From NCBI GenBank assembly GCA_026984515.1, contig JALSRZ010000062.1, positions 3,643-67,642 of the forward strand: a stretch of DNA of 64,000 bases, read 5' to 3'. Shown one piece after another: positions 19,398 through 28,426 of the stretch; the stretch's first letter is position 1, and each line of letters opens with the position of its first letter. Source of the DNA: Thiohalobacter sp. (lineage in GTDB: Bacteria > Pseudomonadota > Gammaproteobacteria > DSM-19610). Under the pieces are notes generated by a model. The model saw only the letters and a program-made list of their open reading frames with translations. It ran no database searches and was not told the DNA's origin. Position numbers and translations under genes: made by a program.

Positions 19398-19452
19398 TTG
19401 CGCCGATTTGAGATTCAGCTTGCGGGCGCTTGATAAATTCGGCTAAAGCGGC
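19398..19452 (+). ncRNA. SAM-II riboswitch aptamer
   Basis: GCGCC-GATTT...TTGC-GGGCGC..ATAAAT..GCTAAAG matches SAM-II conserved blocks and spacing; directly upstream of metZ. Confidence 0.88.
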
Positions 19453-19456
19453 GGCG

Positions 19457-19492
19457 CCTGCTTTCGTTTCCAGTCGAAGGCGGGTTTTTTTT
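19457..19492 (+). terminator. Intrinsic terminator in the metZ leader (riboswitch expression platform)
   Basis: CCTGCTTTCG/CGAAGGCGGG stem with G-U pairs followed by T8. Confidence 0.8.
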
Positions 19493-19515
19493 GGTCCGTT
19501 CAACAGGAGAGGGTG

Positions 19516-20697
19516 ATGCCCGACACAGAAGATACAGTACCCGGTTTTGCCACACTCGCGGTTCGTGCCGGGCAGCAGCGTACCCTGGAATCAGAGCACG
19601 CGGAGCCGATTTTTCCGACCTCCAGTTATGTTTTCGAAAGCGCGGCGGCCGCGGCCGCGCGTTTTTCCGGGGAACAGCCGGGGAATATCTATTCACGCTT
19701 TACCAACCCCACCGTGCGCACCTTCGAACAGCGGCTTGCAGCGCTGGAAGGTGGTGAACGTTGCGTGGCGACGGCGTCAGGTATGGCGGCTATTTATGCA
19801 ACCTGTGCGGGGCTGCTGCAGTCCGGTGATCACCTGGTATCGTCGCGCAGTATCTTTGGCAGCACCACGCTGTTGTTCAATAATTACCTGCAGAAATTCG
19901 GTATCAGCACGACCTTTGTGGCGCAGGATGACGTGTCAGCCTGGGAGGCCGCGATACGTCCGGAGACGCGCCTGCTGTTTCTCGAGACACCTTCCAATCC
20001 GTTGACGGAAGTCGCTGATATCCATGCGCTGTCCGAGCTGGCGCACGCCAGCGATTGTCTGCTGGTGGTGGATAACTGCTTCTGCACCCCGGCGCTGCAG
20101 CGCCCGCTGGCGCTCGGTGCGGATATCGTGATTCATTCCGCGACCAAGTACCTGGACGGCCAGGGTCGTTGTGTCGGTGGTGCGGTGGTGGGGCGTGAAG
20201 ACGTCGTTGGCGAGGGGGTGTACGGTTTTCTGCGCACCTGCGGGCCGACCATGAGCCCGTTCAATGCCTGGGTGTTCCTCAAGGGACTGGAGACCCTGGC
20301 CATCCGCATGCAAGCGCATTGCGCTTCGGCGCAGCGACTGGCGGACTGGTTGCAGGCGCAGCCGGCTGTCGAACGCGTCTACTATCCCGGGCTCGCCTCC
20401 CACCCCCAGCACGAACTGGCGGCACGGCAGCAATCTGCATTCGGCGGGATCGTATCCTTCGACCTGAAAGGTGGACAGCAAGCGGCCTGGGAACTGATCG
20501 ATGCCACCCGTGTCTGTTCCATTACCGCCAACCTGGGTGATACCAAGACCACCATCACGCACCCGGCGACCACCACGCACGGTCGCCTGACGCAGGAACA
20601 GCGCGCACAGGCCGGTATCGCTGACGGGCTGGTGCGGGTGGCGGTCGGGCTGGAATCGATTGATGACCTGTGTGCGGATCTGGCGCGCGGACTTTGA
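19516..20697 (+). CDS. metZ: O-succinylhomoserine sulfhydrylase
   Basis: YSRFTNPT and HSATKYLDGQGR PLP motif; follows purF as in pseudomonads. Confidence 0.95.
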   Translation: MPDTEDTVPGFATLAVRAGQQRTLESEHAEPIFPTSSYVFESAAAAAARFSGEQPGNIYSRFTNPTVRTFEQRLAALEGGERCVATASGMAAIYATCAGLLQSGDHLVSSRSIFGSTTLLFNNYLQKFGISTTFVAQDDVSAWEAAIRPETRLLFLETPSNPLTEVADIHALSELAHASDCLLVVDNCFCTPALQRPLALGADIVIHSATKYLDGQGRCVGGAVVGREDVVGEGVYGFLRTCGPTMSPFNAWVFLKGLETLAIRMQAHCASAQRLADWLQAQPAVERVYYPGLASHPQHELAARQQSAFGGIVSFDLKGGQQAAWELIDATRVCSITANLGDTKTTITHPATTTHGRLTQEQRAQAGIADGLVRVAVGLESIDDLCADLARGL

Positions 20698-20727
20698 TAA
20701 AGGTGTACGGGTTGATATGAGGAGAGA

Positions 20728-21429
20728 ATGATGTACCTGCTACGTAATCTGTTACTGGTGTACTGGTCGATGGCTATGGTTGTTTCAGCAACGGCTGCAG
20801 CCGGGACGGCTGTCCCTGAAGACCAGATCAGTTTCCAGGTCGAGGTCGGGCGTGAGGTCGGTAACGATCGGGTGATAGCGGTCCTGACCGCCACGGCGGA
20901 GGACCGCAAACCGGCAGCGCTGGCGGATGCCATCAACCAGGACATGGCCTGGGCGCTGGAGCAGGCCCGGGCCGGCGGGCAGGTGACGGTGCAGAGCGGG
21001 AATTACCAGACCTACCCGGTTTACGGTGACAAGCGCAGGATTGTACGCTGGCGCGGGCGCCAGGAACTGCGGCTGGAGGCGCAGGACGTGGATCAGCTGA
21101 GTCAGCTGGTGGGTACCTTGCAGAGTCGCCTGCAGGTGCAGTCCCTGCAGTTCTCGGTGTCTCCGGAGCGGCGTCAGCAGGCGGAGGACGAACTGATGGA
21201 CCAGGCGTTGAAAGCCTACCAGGCACGCGCGGATCGTATTCGTGCTGCGCTGGGAGCAAAAAGATACCGGTTGATGGACATCAATATCCGCAGTGGCGGG
21301 CAACGCCCGGTCGTTCCTGTGCGGGCCGAGGCGCTGAGCCGCTCCAGCGTGAGCACGCCGGCGCTGGAGCAGGGTACCAGTCGTATCAGTGTGCAGGTCG
21401 GTGGCCGGATTCGTCTAGTCCGTGATTAG
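20728..21429 (+). CDS. SIMPL/DUF541-family periplasmic protein
   Basis: Signal peptide; FQVEVGREVGND, NYQTYPVY and LQFSVSPERR pattern. Confidence 0.75.
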   Translation: MMYLLRNLLLVYWSMAMVVSATAAAGTAVPEDQISFQVEVGREVGNDRVIAVLTATAEDRKPAALADAINQDMAWALEQARAGGQVTVQSGNYQTYPVYGDKRRIVRWRGRQELRLEAQDVDQLSQLVGTLQSRLQVQSLQFSVSPERRQQAEDELMDQALKAYQARADRIRAALGAKRYRLMDINIRSGGQRPVVPVRAEALSRSSVSTPALEQGTSRISVQVGGRIRLVRD

Positions 21430-21568
21430 CAGGCTGTTGAAAACCCTCTGGCGGCACGATCCAGCGTTGAAAACCGGCTCAAAATGCTCATTTACAACCG
21501 GTGAACTGCGCTTTTTCGCCGCTTTTCGCCTTGTCTCGCACTCGCCAGAGACTTTTTCAACAGCCTGC
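21429..21568. mobile_element. MITE-like element of ~140 bp with 15-bp terminal inverted repeats
   Basis: GCAGGCTGTTGAAAA (21429-21443) / TTTTCAACAGCCTGC (21554-21568), between convergent genes. Confidence 0.75.
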
Positions 21569-21898
21569 CAGACTGATTTTGCCCACGCCCCAGCGCTGGA
21601 AGTCTTTAAAGCTGACCTGTTTCCTGGTGGCGATATCGGAATCACCGGGTACACGGGAAATATTGACCGTGCAGGTGCTGTTGACGGCCCGTTCGATTTT
21701 GTCACCGGTGTAGTGGGGCAGTACCAGTAACAGTTCGATCATTTCGTGATCGTGTTCGACCGGTGTGTCCAGGCGCAGCAGGTAATAGTTGTCCCGCATG
21801 GGTCCGGGCAGTACCGTGACGCCCGCGACGGCAAGCGGGTTTTGCCCCTCGTATTCATAGGGCTCATAGACTTCAAGAACGTGTTGTTGTTCACCCAT
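21557..21898 (-). CDS. Hypothetical protein, 113 aa
   Basis: ORF with G-rich RBS before ATG 21898; protein-like composition; no family recognised. Confidence 0.6.
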   Translation of the reverse strand: MGEQQHVLEVYEPYEYEGQNPLAVAGVTVLPGPMRDNYYLLRLDTPVEHDHEMIELLLVLPHYTGDKIERAVNSTCTVNISRVPGDSDIATRKQVSFKDFQRWGVGKISLAGC

Positions 21899-21980
21899 GG
21901 TTTCGCCCCCTGCAGCAGCCATTCGAGCATGCGCCCAACCGGGCGCCGGTGTCAAAAATGAATCGGGCTTGATGTGATAA

Positions 21981-22026
21981 ACAAGATTATATATATCTTG
22001 TATCTATATGTATTAAAATATATAAA
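21981..22026 (+). promoter_or_regulatory. sigma70 promoter overlapped by a palindromic operator
   Basis: TTGTAT (21998)-N17-TATAAA (22021); ACAAGAT-N7-ATCTTGT (21981-22001) overlaps the -35 box. Confidence 0.6.
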
Positions 22027-22175
22027 TAAATTTATTTCGCCTGTACATGTGGCCATCTGCCAGGGGGAATCAGGCCCTGGCAGACATGTTCCGGTGGGGG
22101 TTTTGGTAGCCATCCGCCTGCCCGTTGGCCAGCGGCCTGTTACAGTGCGGGGTGGGAACCCTGAATGAAAATGCC

Positions 22176-23027
22176 ATGCATGAAATAGCTGTACCACTCA
22201 CCGGCGACAACCTGTTTGCGTGTGCGCTGCAGTGCCTGGAATGTGCGGATCCGGTGCTGAAAGGTCAGCTGACCGAACAGGTGTACGCGGCACTCGAGGT
22301 CGGGCGGCTGAGCTGCGAAGAGACCCCTGCAGCCAAAGACATCGATACACCGGGGCGGCCGGCTCGCCCCGGCCTGGTTGCGCCGCGGGACTTGCCGCGC
22401 CGGCGCCTGGGCAGCGTGCAGGGGCGTGCTTCCCTGTTGCATGCACTGGCACATATCGAGTTCAATGCCATCAACCTGGCGTGGGATGCGGTGTACCGGT
22501 TTCGTGGTATGCCGGAGGCGTTTTACCGGGACTGGGCCAGTGTGGCCCGTGAAGAGGCGTACCATTTCCGCCTGCTGTGTGAACGGCTTGCCGATGCCGG
22601 TTATGCCTACGGGGATTTTCCCGCCCACGACGGGCTCTGGGAGATGGCGCGTAAAACGGCACACGACCCGCTGGTGAGGATGGCGCTGGTTCCACGCGTA
22701 CTGGAGGCGCGTGGCCTGGACGTGACGCCGGGCATGATCGAACGGCTGGAACAGAGCGGTGATCAGCGGCTGGTCGAAGTGCTCAACATCATCCTGCGCG
22801 ACGAGATCGGGCACGTGGCCATCGGCACGCGCTGGTTCCGTTACCTGTGTACACAACGCGGGCTGGATCCCGATACCACATTTGCCGGTCTGGTGCAGGA
22901 GTACATGCAGGGCCAGGTGAAACCGCCCTTTCATTACGCGGCCAGGGAGGCGGCGGGTTTCAACCGGGTTGAAATGGATGCGCTGGAACAGATGGCTGCT
23001 GAAACAAGAGTCTTCCATGAAAACTAG
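22176..23027 (+). CDS. Ferritin-like DUF455 family protein
   Basis: LHALAHIEFNAINLAWD, EEAYHF, VLEARGLDV and DEIGHV di-iron motifs. Confidence 0.9.
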   Translation: MHEIAVPLTGDNLFACALQCLECADPVLKGQLTEQVYAALEVGRLSCEETPAAKDIDTPGRPARPGLVAPRDLPRRRLGSVQGRASLLHALAHIEFNAINLAWDAVYRFRGMPEAFYRDWASVAREEAYHFRLLCERLADAGYAYGDFPAHDGLWEMARKTAHDPLVRMALVPRVLEARGLDVTPGMIERLEQSGDQRLVEVLNIILRDEIGHVAIGTRWFRYLCTQRGLDPDTTFAGLVQEYMQGQVKPPFHYAAREAAGFNRVEMDALEQMAAETRVFHEN

Positions 23028-23733
23028 TTCACTGATTGCAGTACCGCTGTTGTTGCTGACATCCATGTTGTCGCAGGCCGCGGTGAACGGTTCCATTCTC
23101 TGGTACCTGGAACAGGAAGCCGGGATTGATCCCTACAGGGTGCGTTACCTGGTGACCGCAGATTTCATGCGCACGGACGAAGGGGATGGTGCAGGGGGAT
23201 TCGCCCTGTTTGATCGCAACACCAAACAGGTTTACAGCGTGTCGCCGGAAAACCGCACTGTGTTACGCATCGATGGCAAGGGGCAGCTGCCCGACACGCC
23301 GCAGCGGCTGGATATCCGTATAAAACAGAGCGTCGACGCAAAAACCCCGCGCGTTGAAGACCGGGTGCCCGTGAAGGTGGAGCTTAGCGCGGATGGAGAA
23401 CTGTGTTACAGCGCGGTGGTCGTCCCCGGTTTTCCGGGCCCGGCGCGCGCTGCGTTCCAGGAATTTGCCGACTCGCTGGCGGTCCAGCAGCTGCGCACCC
23501 TGGAGAATACGCCGCTGCAGTTCCGGACGCCCTGTTTCCTGTCGCGCTATCTCTATGCGGCCGATTTCCAGATGCGCCGGGGGGTGCCGCTGGTGGAATG
23601 GAATGACCAGGGGGAACGGCGTGAGTTGATCGACTACCAGATCGGCGTGGAGCTGGATGAGCAGCTGTTCCGGTTGCCGGAAGGGTACGACGTGATCCGG
23701 CCTCCAGGGCAGCCGGACAGCCGCAGCGAATAG
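23017..23733 (+). CDS. Exported hypothetical protein
   Basis: Signal peptide MKTSSLIAVPLLLLTSMLSQA; overlaps the upstream stop. Confidence 0.7.
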   Translation: MKTSSLIAVPLLLLTSMLSQAAVNGSILWYLEQEAGIDPYRVRYLVTADFMRTDEGDGAGGFALFDRNTKQVYSVSPENRTVLRIDGKGQLPDTPQRLDIRIKQSVDAKTPRVEDRVPVKVELSADGELCYSAVVVPGFPGPARAAFQEFADSLAVQQLRTLENTPLQFRTPCFLSRYLYAADFQMRRGVPLVEWNDQGERRELIDYQIGVELDEQLFRLPEGYDVIRPPGQPDSRSE

Positions 23734-23737
23734 CCGC

Positions 23738-24463
23738 TTACCCGCAGGGCAGCGCTTCCAGCCGCCGGCCGTGCCGGTCGGCTACCAGCACGCTGCCGGT
23801 TTCATACCAGTCGCCCAGGACGATCCGGGTGGCTTCACCGTGAGCGGTTTGCACGCTATGGCTGCCCGGTCGGTGGGTATGCCCGTGGATCAGCAGGTCC
23901 ACCCGGCCGGCCTCGATCACGCGCCGCACTTCGTCCTGGTTGACGTCCATGATGTATTCTTCCTTGCCCCGTTTGGATTGCGTGCTGCGTGCCCGCGCCT
24001 CGGCCGCCATGGCCAGCCGCTGGGCCACCGGCAGTGCACGCGCCTGTTGCTGCCAGGCGGGGTCGCGCAGCTGCTTGCGGACCTGCTGGTACTCGGTGTC
24101 GTCGGTACACAGTGAATCACCGTGCATCAGCAGGGTCGCTGCGCCATACAGATCAATCTGTGCAGGGTCCGGGAGCAGGGTGCAGCCGGTTTCGGCGAGG
24201 AAGGTCCCGCCCAGCATGAAATCGCGGTTGCCGTGCATCAGGTGCACGGGCGTGCCTGCCTGGCAGCACGCTGCCAGTGCCTGTTTTACGCGCTGGTAGA
24301 CGGGTTCCGGGTGATCGTCGCCGATCCAGGTTTCGAACAGGTCGCCCAGGATGTACAGGGCTTCCGCCTGCCCGCGCTGTTGCTCCAGGAACGCCAGGAA
24401 GCAGGTGATGACGGCTGGCCGCGAGGGGTGCAGGTGCAGGTCAGAGATGAACAGGGTTGCCAA
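23738..24463 (-). CDS. lpxH: UDP-2,3-diacylglucosamine diphosphatase
   Basis: FISDLHL, LGDLFE.WIGDD, HGNRDF and IHGHTHRP. Confidence 0.96.
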   Translation of the reverse strand: MATLFISDLHLHPSRPAVITCFLAFLEQQRGQAEALYILGDLFETWIGDDHPEPVYQRVKQALAACCQAGTPVHLMHGNRDFMLGGTFLAETGCTLLPDPAQIDLYGAATLLMHGDSLCTDDTEYQQVRKQLRDPAWQQQARALPVAQRLAMAAEARARSTQSKRGKEEYIMDVNQDEVRRVIEAGRVDLLIHGHTHRPGSHSVQTAHGEATRIVLGDWYETGSVLVADRHGRRLEALPCG

Positions 24464-24501
24464 GCCGGTTCACCCGCTGCCTGCGCCCGCTTGCGAGGAG
24501 G

Positions 24502-25095
24502 CTATTCCTCGACCGTCACTTTTTCGATAATGACATCTTCGTTGGGCACATCCTGGTGGCCGCCGCGGTTGCCGGTCGATACTTTCTCGATGGCCTGCAC
24601 GACGTCCAGCCCTTCGGTCACCTTGCCGAATACACAGTAGCCCCAGCCCTGCGGGGTCGGTGCGGTGTGGTTCAGAAAGCCGTTGTCCTTGGTGTTGATA
24701 AAAAACTGCGCGGTGGCCGAGTCGGGGTCCGAGGTACGTGCCATGGCGATGGTGCCGAGGTCGTTCTTCAGGCCGTTATCGGCTTCGTTCCTGATCGGGT
24801 CGCGGGTGGCTTTCTGGATCATGCCGGGTTCAAAACCGCCGCCCTGGATCATGAAATGCGGGATGACGCGGTGAAAAATAGTGCCGTCGTAGAAACCCGA
24901 TCTGGCGTATTCGACAAAGTTGGCTACGGTTACGGGTGCCTTGTCGGCGTCCAGTTCGAGCACAATATCGCCCTTGTTGGTCTGCATGCGCACGGTCACG
25001 GTGGAATCTCCTGTTGCGGTGGGTTCGGTTGCTCCGGCGGTCAGGGGCAGAATGCCAAGCAGCGCGGTAAGCATCAATCGGTTGATCAGGTTCAT
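24502..25095 (-). CDS. Cyclophilin-type peptidyl-prolyl isomerase with signal peptide (PpiA/PpiB family)
   Basis: [32 protein letters not shown] and GYCVFGKV. Confidence 0.95.
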   Translation of the reverse strand: MNLINRLMLTALLGILPLTAGATEPTATGDSTVTVRMQTNKGDIVLELDADKAPVTVANFVEYARSGFYDGTIFHRVIPHFMIQGGGFEPGMIQKATRDPIRNEADNGLKNDLGTIAMARTSDPDSATAQFFINTKDNGFLNHTAPTPQGWGYCVFGKVTEGLDVVQAIEKVSTGNRGGHQDVPNEDVIIEKVTVEE

Positions 25096-25256
25096 GTCGG
25101 GTTCGGACTCCTTTTCGTCAGCGGCGTATCATATACCCGACCCACCCGGAATTTCCACGCTGAGCGGCGTCTTTCCGCCACAGCGGGCAAATTTTGCTAC
25201 CATGCGCGCCAGTTTGGCAGCCGGTCAGACCGGCCAATCCAGTGGAGCCCGTGCCC

Positions 25257-26648
25257 ATGTTGAAGCTGTTTAACAGCCTCACCCGAAAAAAAGAGGAATT
25301 TGTGCCGCTGCAGCCCGGCAAGGTGCGCATGTACGTGTGCGGCATGACCGTCTACGATCTGTGCCACCTCGGCCATGCCCGGGTGCTGGTGGTGTTCGAC
25401 GTGATCGTCCGGCACCTGCGCAGCCTGGGGTACGACGTGACCTATGTGCGCAACATTACCGATATCGATGACAAGATCATCGCCCGTGCGCAGGAAAACG
25501 GCGAAGATATCCACGCCCTGACCCGGCGCTTCATACAGGCCATGCACGAAGATGCCGCGGCACTGGGGGTGTTGCCCCCGGATGCCGAACCGCGCGCAAC
25601 CGAGTCGATGGATACCATTATCCGCATGATCGGGAAACTGGTCGAGCGGGGGTACGCCTACCAGGGGGAAAACGGTGACGTGTTCTACGCGGTCGGCAAG
25701 TTCGACGGCTACGGGCAACTGTCCGGCAAGCGGGTGGAAGAGCTGCGCGTCGGCGCGCGCGTGGATGTCGAGCAGGCCAAGCGGGACCCGCTGGACTTCG
25801 TGCTGTGGAAATCCGCTAAAGCGGGCGAACCCGGCTGGCCTTCCCCCTGGGGCGAGGGCCGCCCGGGCTGGCATATCGAGTGCTCGGCGATGTCCACCGC
25901 ATGCCTGGGTAACCATTTCGACATACACGGTGGTGGCATGGACCTGCAGTTCCCGCACCACGAAAACGAGATCGCACAATCGGAAGCGGCCACCGGCGAG
26001 CACTTTGTCAATTACTGGATCCACAACGGTTTTGTGCAGGTCGATGAAGAAAAGATGTCCAAGTCACTGGGCAACTTCTTCACCGTGCGCGAAATCCTGC
26101 AGCGTTACCGGCCGGAAGAGATCCGTTATTTCATTCTCTCCAGCCACTACCGCAGCCCGCTGAACTACAGCGACGACAACCTCGACAAGGCGCGCGGCGC
26201 CCTGCAGCGCTTGTACACCGCACTGCGCGAGTTCCCGGGCACAGCTGACGCCGGCCTGGATACGGACTATGAACAGCGTTTCCAGGCGGCCATGAACGAT
26301 GATTTCAACACGCCGGAAGCACTGGCGGTGCTTTTCGATCTGGCCCGGACGCTGAACCGGGCGCGGGAGCAGCAGGACGGCAGCGCCGCGCGCCTCGCCC
26401 ATACCCTGTCGCAGCTGGCCGGCCGGCTCGGTATCCTGCAGGCGGACCCGGCTGCCTGGTTGCACGGTCACAGCGACGCCGCTGTCGAGGGGCCGGACGA
26501 TGCGGATATCGAGGCATTGATCGCACGCCGCGAACAGGCCCGCAGCGATCGTGACTGGGCGGAAGCCGACCGCATCCGGGACGAACTGACGGGGCTGGGG
26601 ATTGTGCTGGAAGACAGCGGCGGCGGTACCCGGTGGCGGCGGGAGTAA
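25257..26648 (+). CDS. cysS: Cysteinyl-tRNA synthetase
   Basis: [27 protein letters not shown] and KMSKS. Confidence 0.98.
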   Translation: MLKLFNSLTRKKEEFVPLQPGKVRMYVCGMTVYDLCHLGHARVLVVFDVIVRHLRSLGYDVTYVRNITDIDDKIIARAQENGEDIHALTRRFIQAMHEDAAALGVLPPDAEPRATESMDTIIRMIGKLVERGYAYQGENGDVFYAVGKFDGYGQLSGKRVEELRVGARVDVEQAKRDPLDFVLWKSAKAGEPGWPSPWGEGRPGWHIECSAMSTACLGNHFDIHGGGMDLQFPHHENEIAQSEAATGEHFVNYWIHNGFVQVDEEKMSKSLGNFFTVREILQRYRPEEIRYFILSSHYRSPLNYSDDNLDKARGALQRLYTALREFPGTADAGLDTDYEQRFQAAMNDDFNTPEALAVLFDLARTLNRAREQQDGSAARLAHTLSQLAGRLGILQADPAAWLHGHSDAAVEGPDDADIEALIARREQARSDRDWAEADRIRDELTGLGIVLEDSGGGTRWRRE

Positions 26649-26696
26649 GGCGCGTCGCCTGAAAGCATCCCGGCGCTTCAGGAACGGTAACAGCGG

Positions 26697-27551
26697 TTAA
26701 CTATCGTGCAGCGTATCCGCGGCATACAGGGTGTTCTGTAACAGGGTAGCCACGGTCATCGGACCGACGCCGCCCGGCACCGGGGTGATCCAGCCGGCGC
26801 GCTGCTGCGCGGCGTCAAACACCACATCGCCAATCAGTCCCTGTTCGGTGCGATGGATCCCGACATCGATGACGGTGGCCCCCGGTCTCACCCATTCGCC
26901 CGGCACCAGCCGCGGCTTTCCTGCGGCAACCACCAGTATTTCGGCACTGCGCACGTGCTTTTCCAGGTCCCGGGTAAAGCGGTGGCAGCAGGTCACGGTC
27001 GCGCCGGCCATCAGCAGTTCCAGTACCATGGGGCGGCCGACATGGTTGGACACGCCCACGACCACCGCCTCGCGCCCATAGTAGCTTTCACCCGTACTGT
27101 CGAGCAGGGTGATGATGCCGCGCGGTGTGCAGGACCTGAGCTGTGGCACCCGCAGGGCCAGGCAGCCAATGTTATAAGGGTGGAAGCCATCGACATCCTT
27201 GTCCGGACGGATGCGTTCGATCACGGTCTCGGGGTCGATGTGTGCGGGCAGCGGCAACTGCACCAGGATACCGTCAATTTCAGGAGCGTCGTTCAGGTCG
27301 TCGATCAGCTCCAGTAACTGCTGCTGGCTGGTGTCTTCCGGGAGGTCCCAGGAACGGGAGCGCATGCCGGATTCCTCGCAGGCACGGCGTTTGTTGCGCA
27401 CGTAGATTTCGGAGGCCGGGTCGCTGCCGACCAGTAACACGGCCAGTCCCGGAGCGCGCTTGCCGGCTGCCAGCCGCTGGTCGATGCCCTGTTTGACCTG
27501 TTTGCGGATGTCTGCGGCAATGGACTTGCCATCGATGATACGGGCACTCAT
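26697..27551 (-). CDS. folD: Methylenetetrahydrofolate dehydrogenase/cyclohydrolase
   Basis: [16 protein letters not shown] and [12 protein letters not shown]; real start 27551 (the track ORF is over-extended across the tRNAs). Confidence 0.97.
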   Translation of the reverse strand: MSARIIDGKSIAADIRKQVKQGIDQRLAAGKRAPGLAVLLVGSDPASEIYVRNKRRACEESGMRSRSWDLPEDTSQQQLLELIDDLNDAPEIDGILVQLPLPAHIDPETVIERIRPDKDVDGFHPYNIGCLALRVPQLRSCTPRGIITLLDSTGESYYGREAVVVGVSNHVGRPMVLELLMAGATVTCCHRFTRDLEKHVRSAEILVVAAGKPRLVPGEWVRPGATVIDVGIHRTEQGLIGDVVFDAAQQRAGWITPVPGGVGPMTVATLLQNTLYAADTLHDS

Positions 27552-27657
27552 GGTTGCGGGATCTACTCGGCGCGAACGGGGCGGGGATTTTCGCACGCAG
27601 CGGGGTGGCGGACAAGCGAACCGGCGGGAATCTGGTATACTTTTGCCGCCTGAATCA

Positions 27658-27695
27658 TTGACGAAGTCAGGGGGTGAACGTATTATCGCCCGCCC
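27658..27695 (+). promoter_or_regulatory. sigma70 promoter of the tRNA operon with GC-rich discriminator
   Basis: TTGACG-N17-TATTAT followed by CGCCCGCCC. Confidence 0.8.
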
Positions 27696-27751
27696 GGTCT
27701 GTCCTGAATCAGCACGGGAACGGGGCCAGTCTCCGGTTCGGGTAAAGTATT

Positions 27752-27828
27752 CGGGGTATAGCGCAGCCTGGTAGCGCGCCTGCTTTGGGAGCAGGATGTC
27801 GGGAGTTCGAATCTCTCTACCCCGACCA
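27752..27828 (+). tRNA. tRNA-Pro(TGG)
   Basis: Cloverleaf, anticodon loop TTTGGGA, TTCGAAT, CCA end. Confidence 0.97.
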
Positions 27829-27848
27829 GTAGTGCTTGGGTGTATTCG

Positions 27849-27925
<77 letters not shown>

Positions 27926-27965
27926 ATGCAGTGCGATAGCGTTGTCGCACGCAATACAGTTTGAT

Positions 27966-28042
27966 GGCGGGCGTAGCTCAGTTGGTAGAGCCCCGGATTG
28001 TGATTCCGGTCGTCGTGGGTTCGAGTCCCATCGCTCGCCCCA
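27966..28042 (+). tRNA. tRNA-His(GTG)
   Basis: Anticodon loop TTGTGAT; encoded G-1 and C73. Confidence 0.97.
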
Positions 28043-28048
28043 GTTTCG

Positions 28049-28124
28049 GGGCCGTTAGCTCAGTTGGTAGAGCAGGAGACTCTTAATCTCTTGGTCGAAG
28101 GTTCGAGTCCTTCACGGCCCACCA
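28049..28124 (+). tRNA. tRNA-Lys(CTT)
   Basis: Anticodon loop CTCTTAA, CCA end. Confidence 0.97.
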
Positions 28125-28138
28125 GTAGCATGGACCAT

Positions 28139-28162
28139 GCCCGCATGTTGTGCGGGCTTTTT
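28139..28162 (+). terminator. Terminator after tRNA-Lys
   Basis: GCCCGCA-TGTTG-TGCGGGC-TTTTT. Confidence 0.75.
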
Positions 28163-28250
28163 ATTACCCGTAATATCTTCATGGTTATGCTTGTTTTTCC
28201 ATATCCGTATAATGGCTTGCCAATGTCGGGGCCCTTGTCCTGGGCGTAGA

Positions 28251-28335
<85 letters not shown>

Positions 28336-28426
28336 AAAACGACAAGATGTGGGTTTGTAGCGTTGCTGCAATCCTGATTATTATTATAAAACATTAACAT
28401 ACGAATATTCAGGTTGAGGAATTACC

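Noticed and set aside
21415-21730. Short ORFs across the MITE (e.g. ...VNEHFEPVFN...)
   Set aside because: Translations of the repeat element, not genes
22033-22175. TPP, cobalamin, SAH or c-di-GMP riboswitch
   Set aside because: Only superficial fragments (GAACCCTGA, GGGAA); the required conserved blocks such as CTGAGA for TPP are absent
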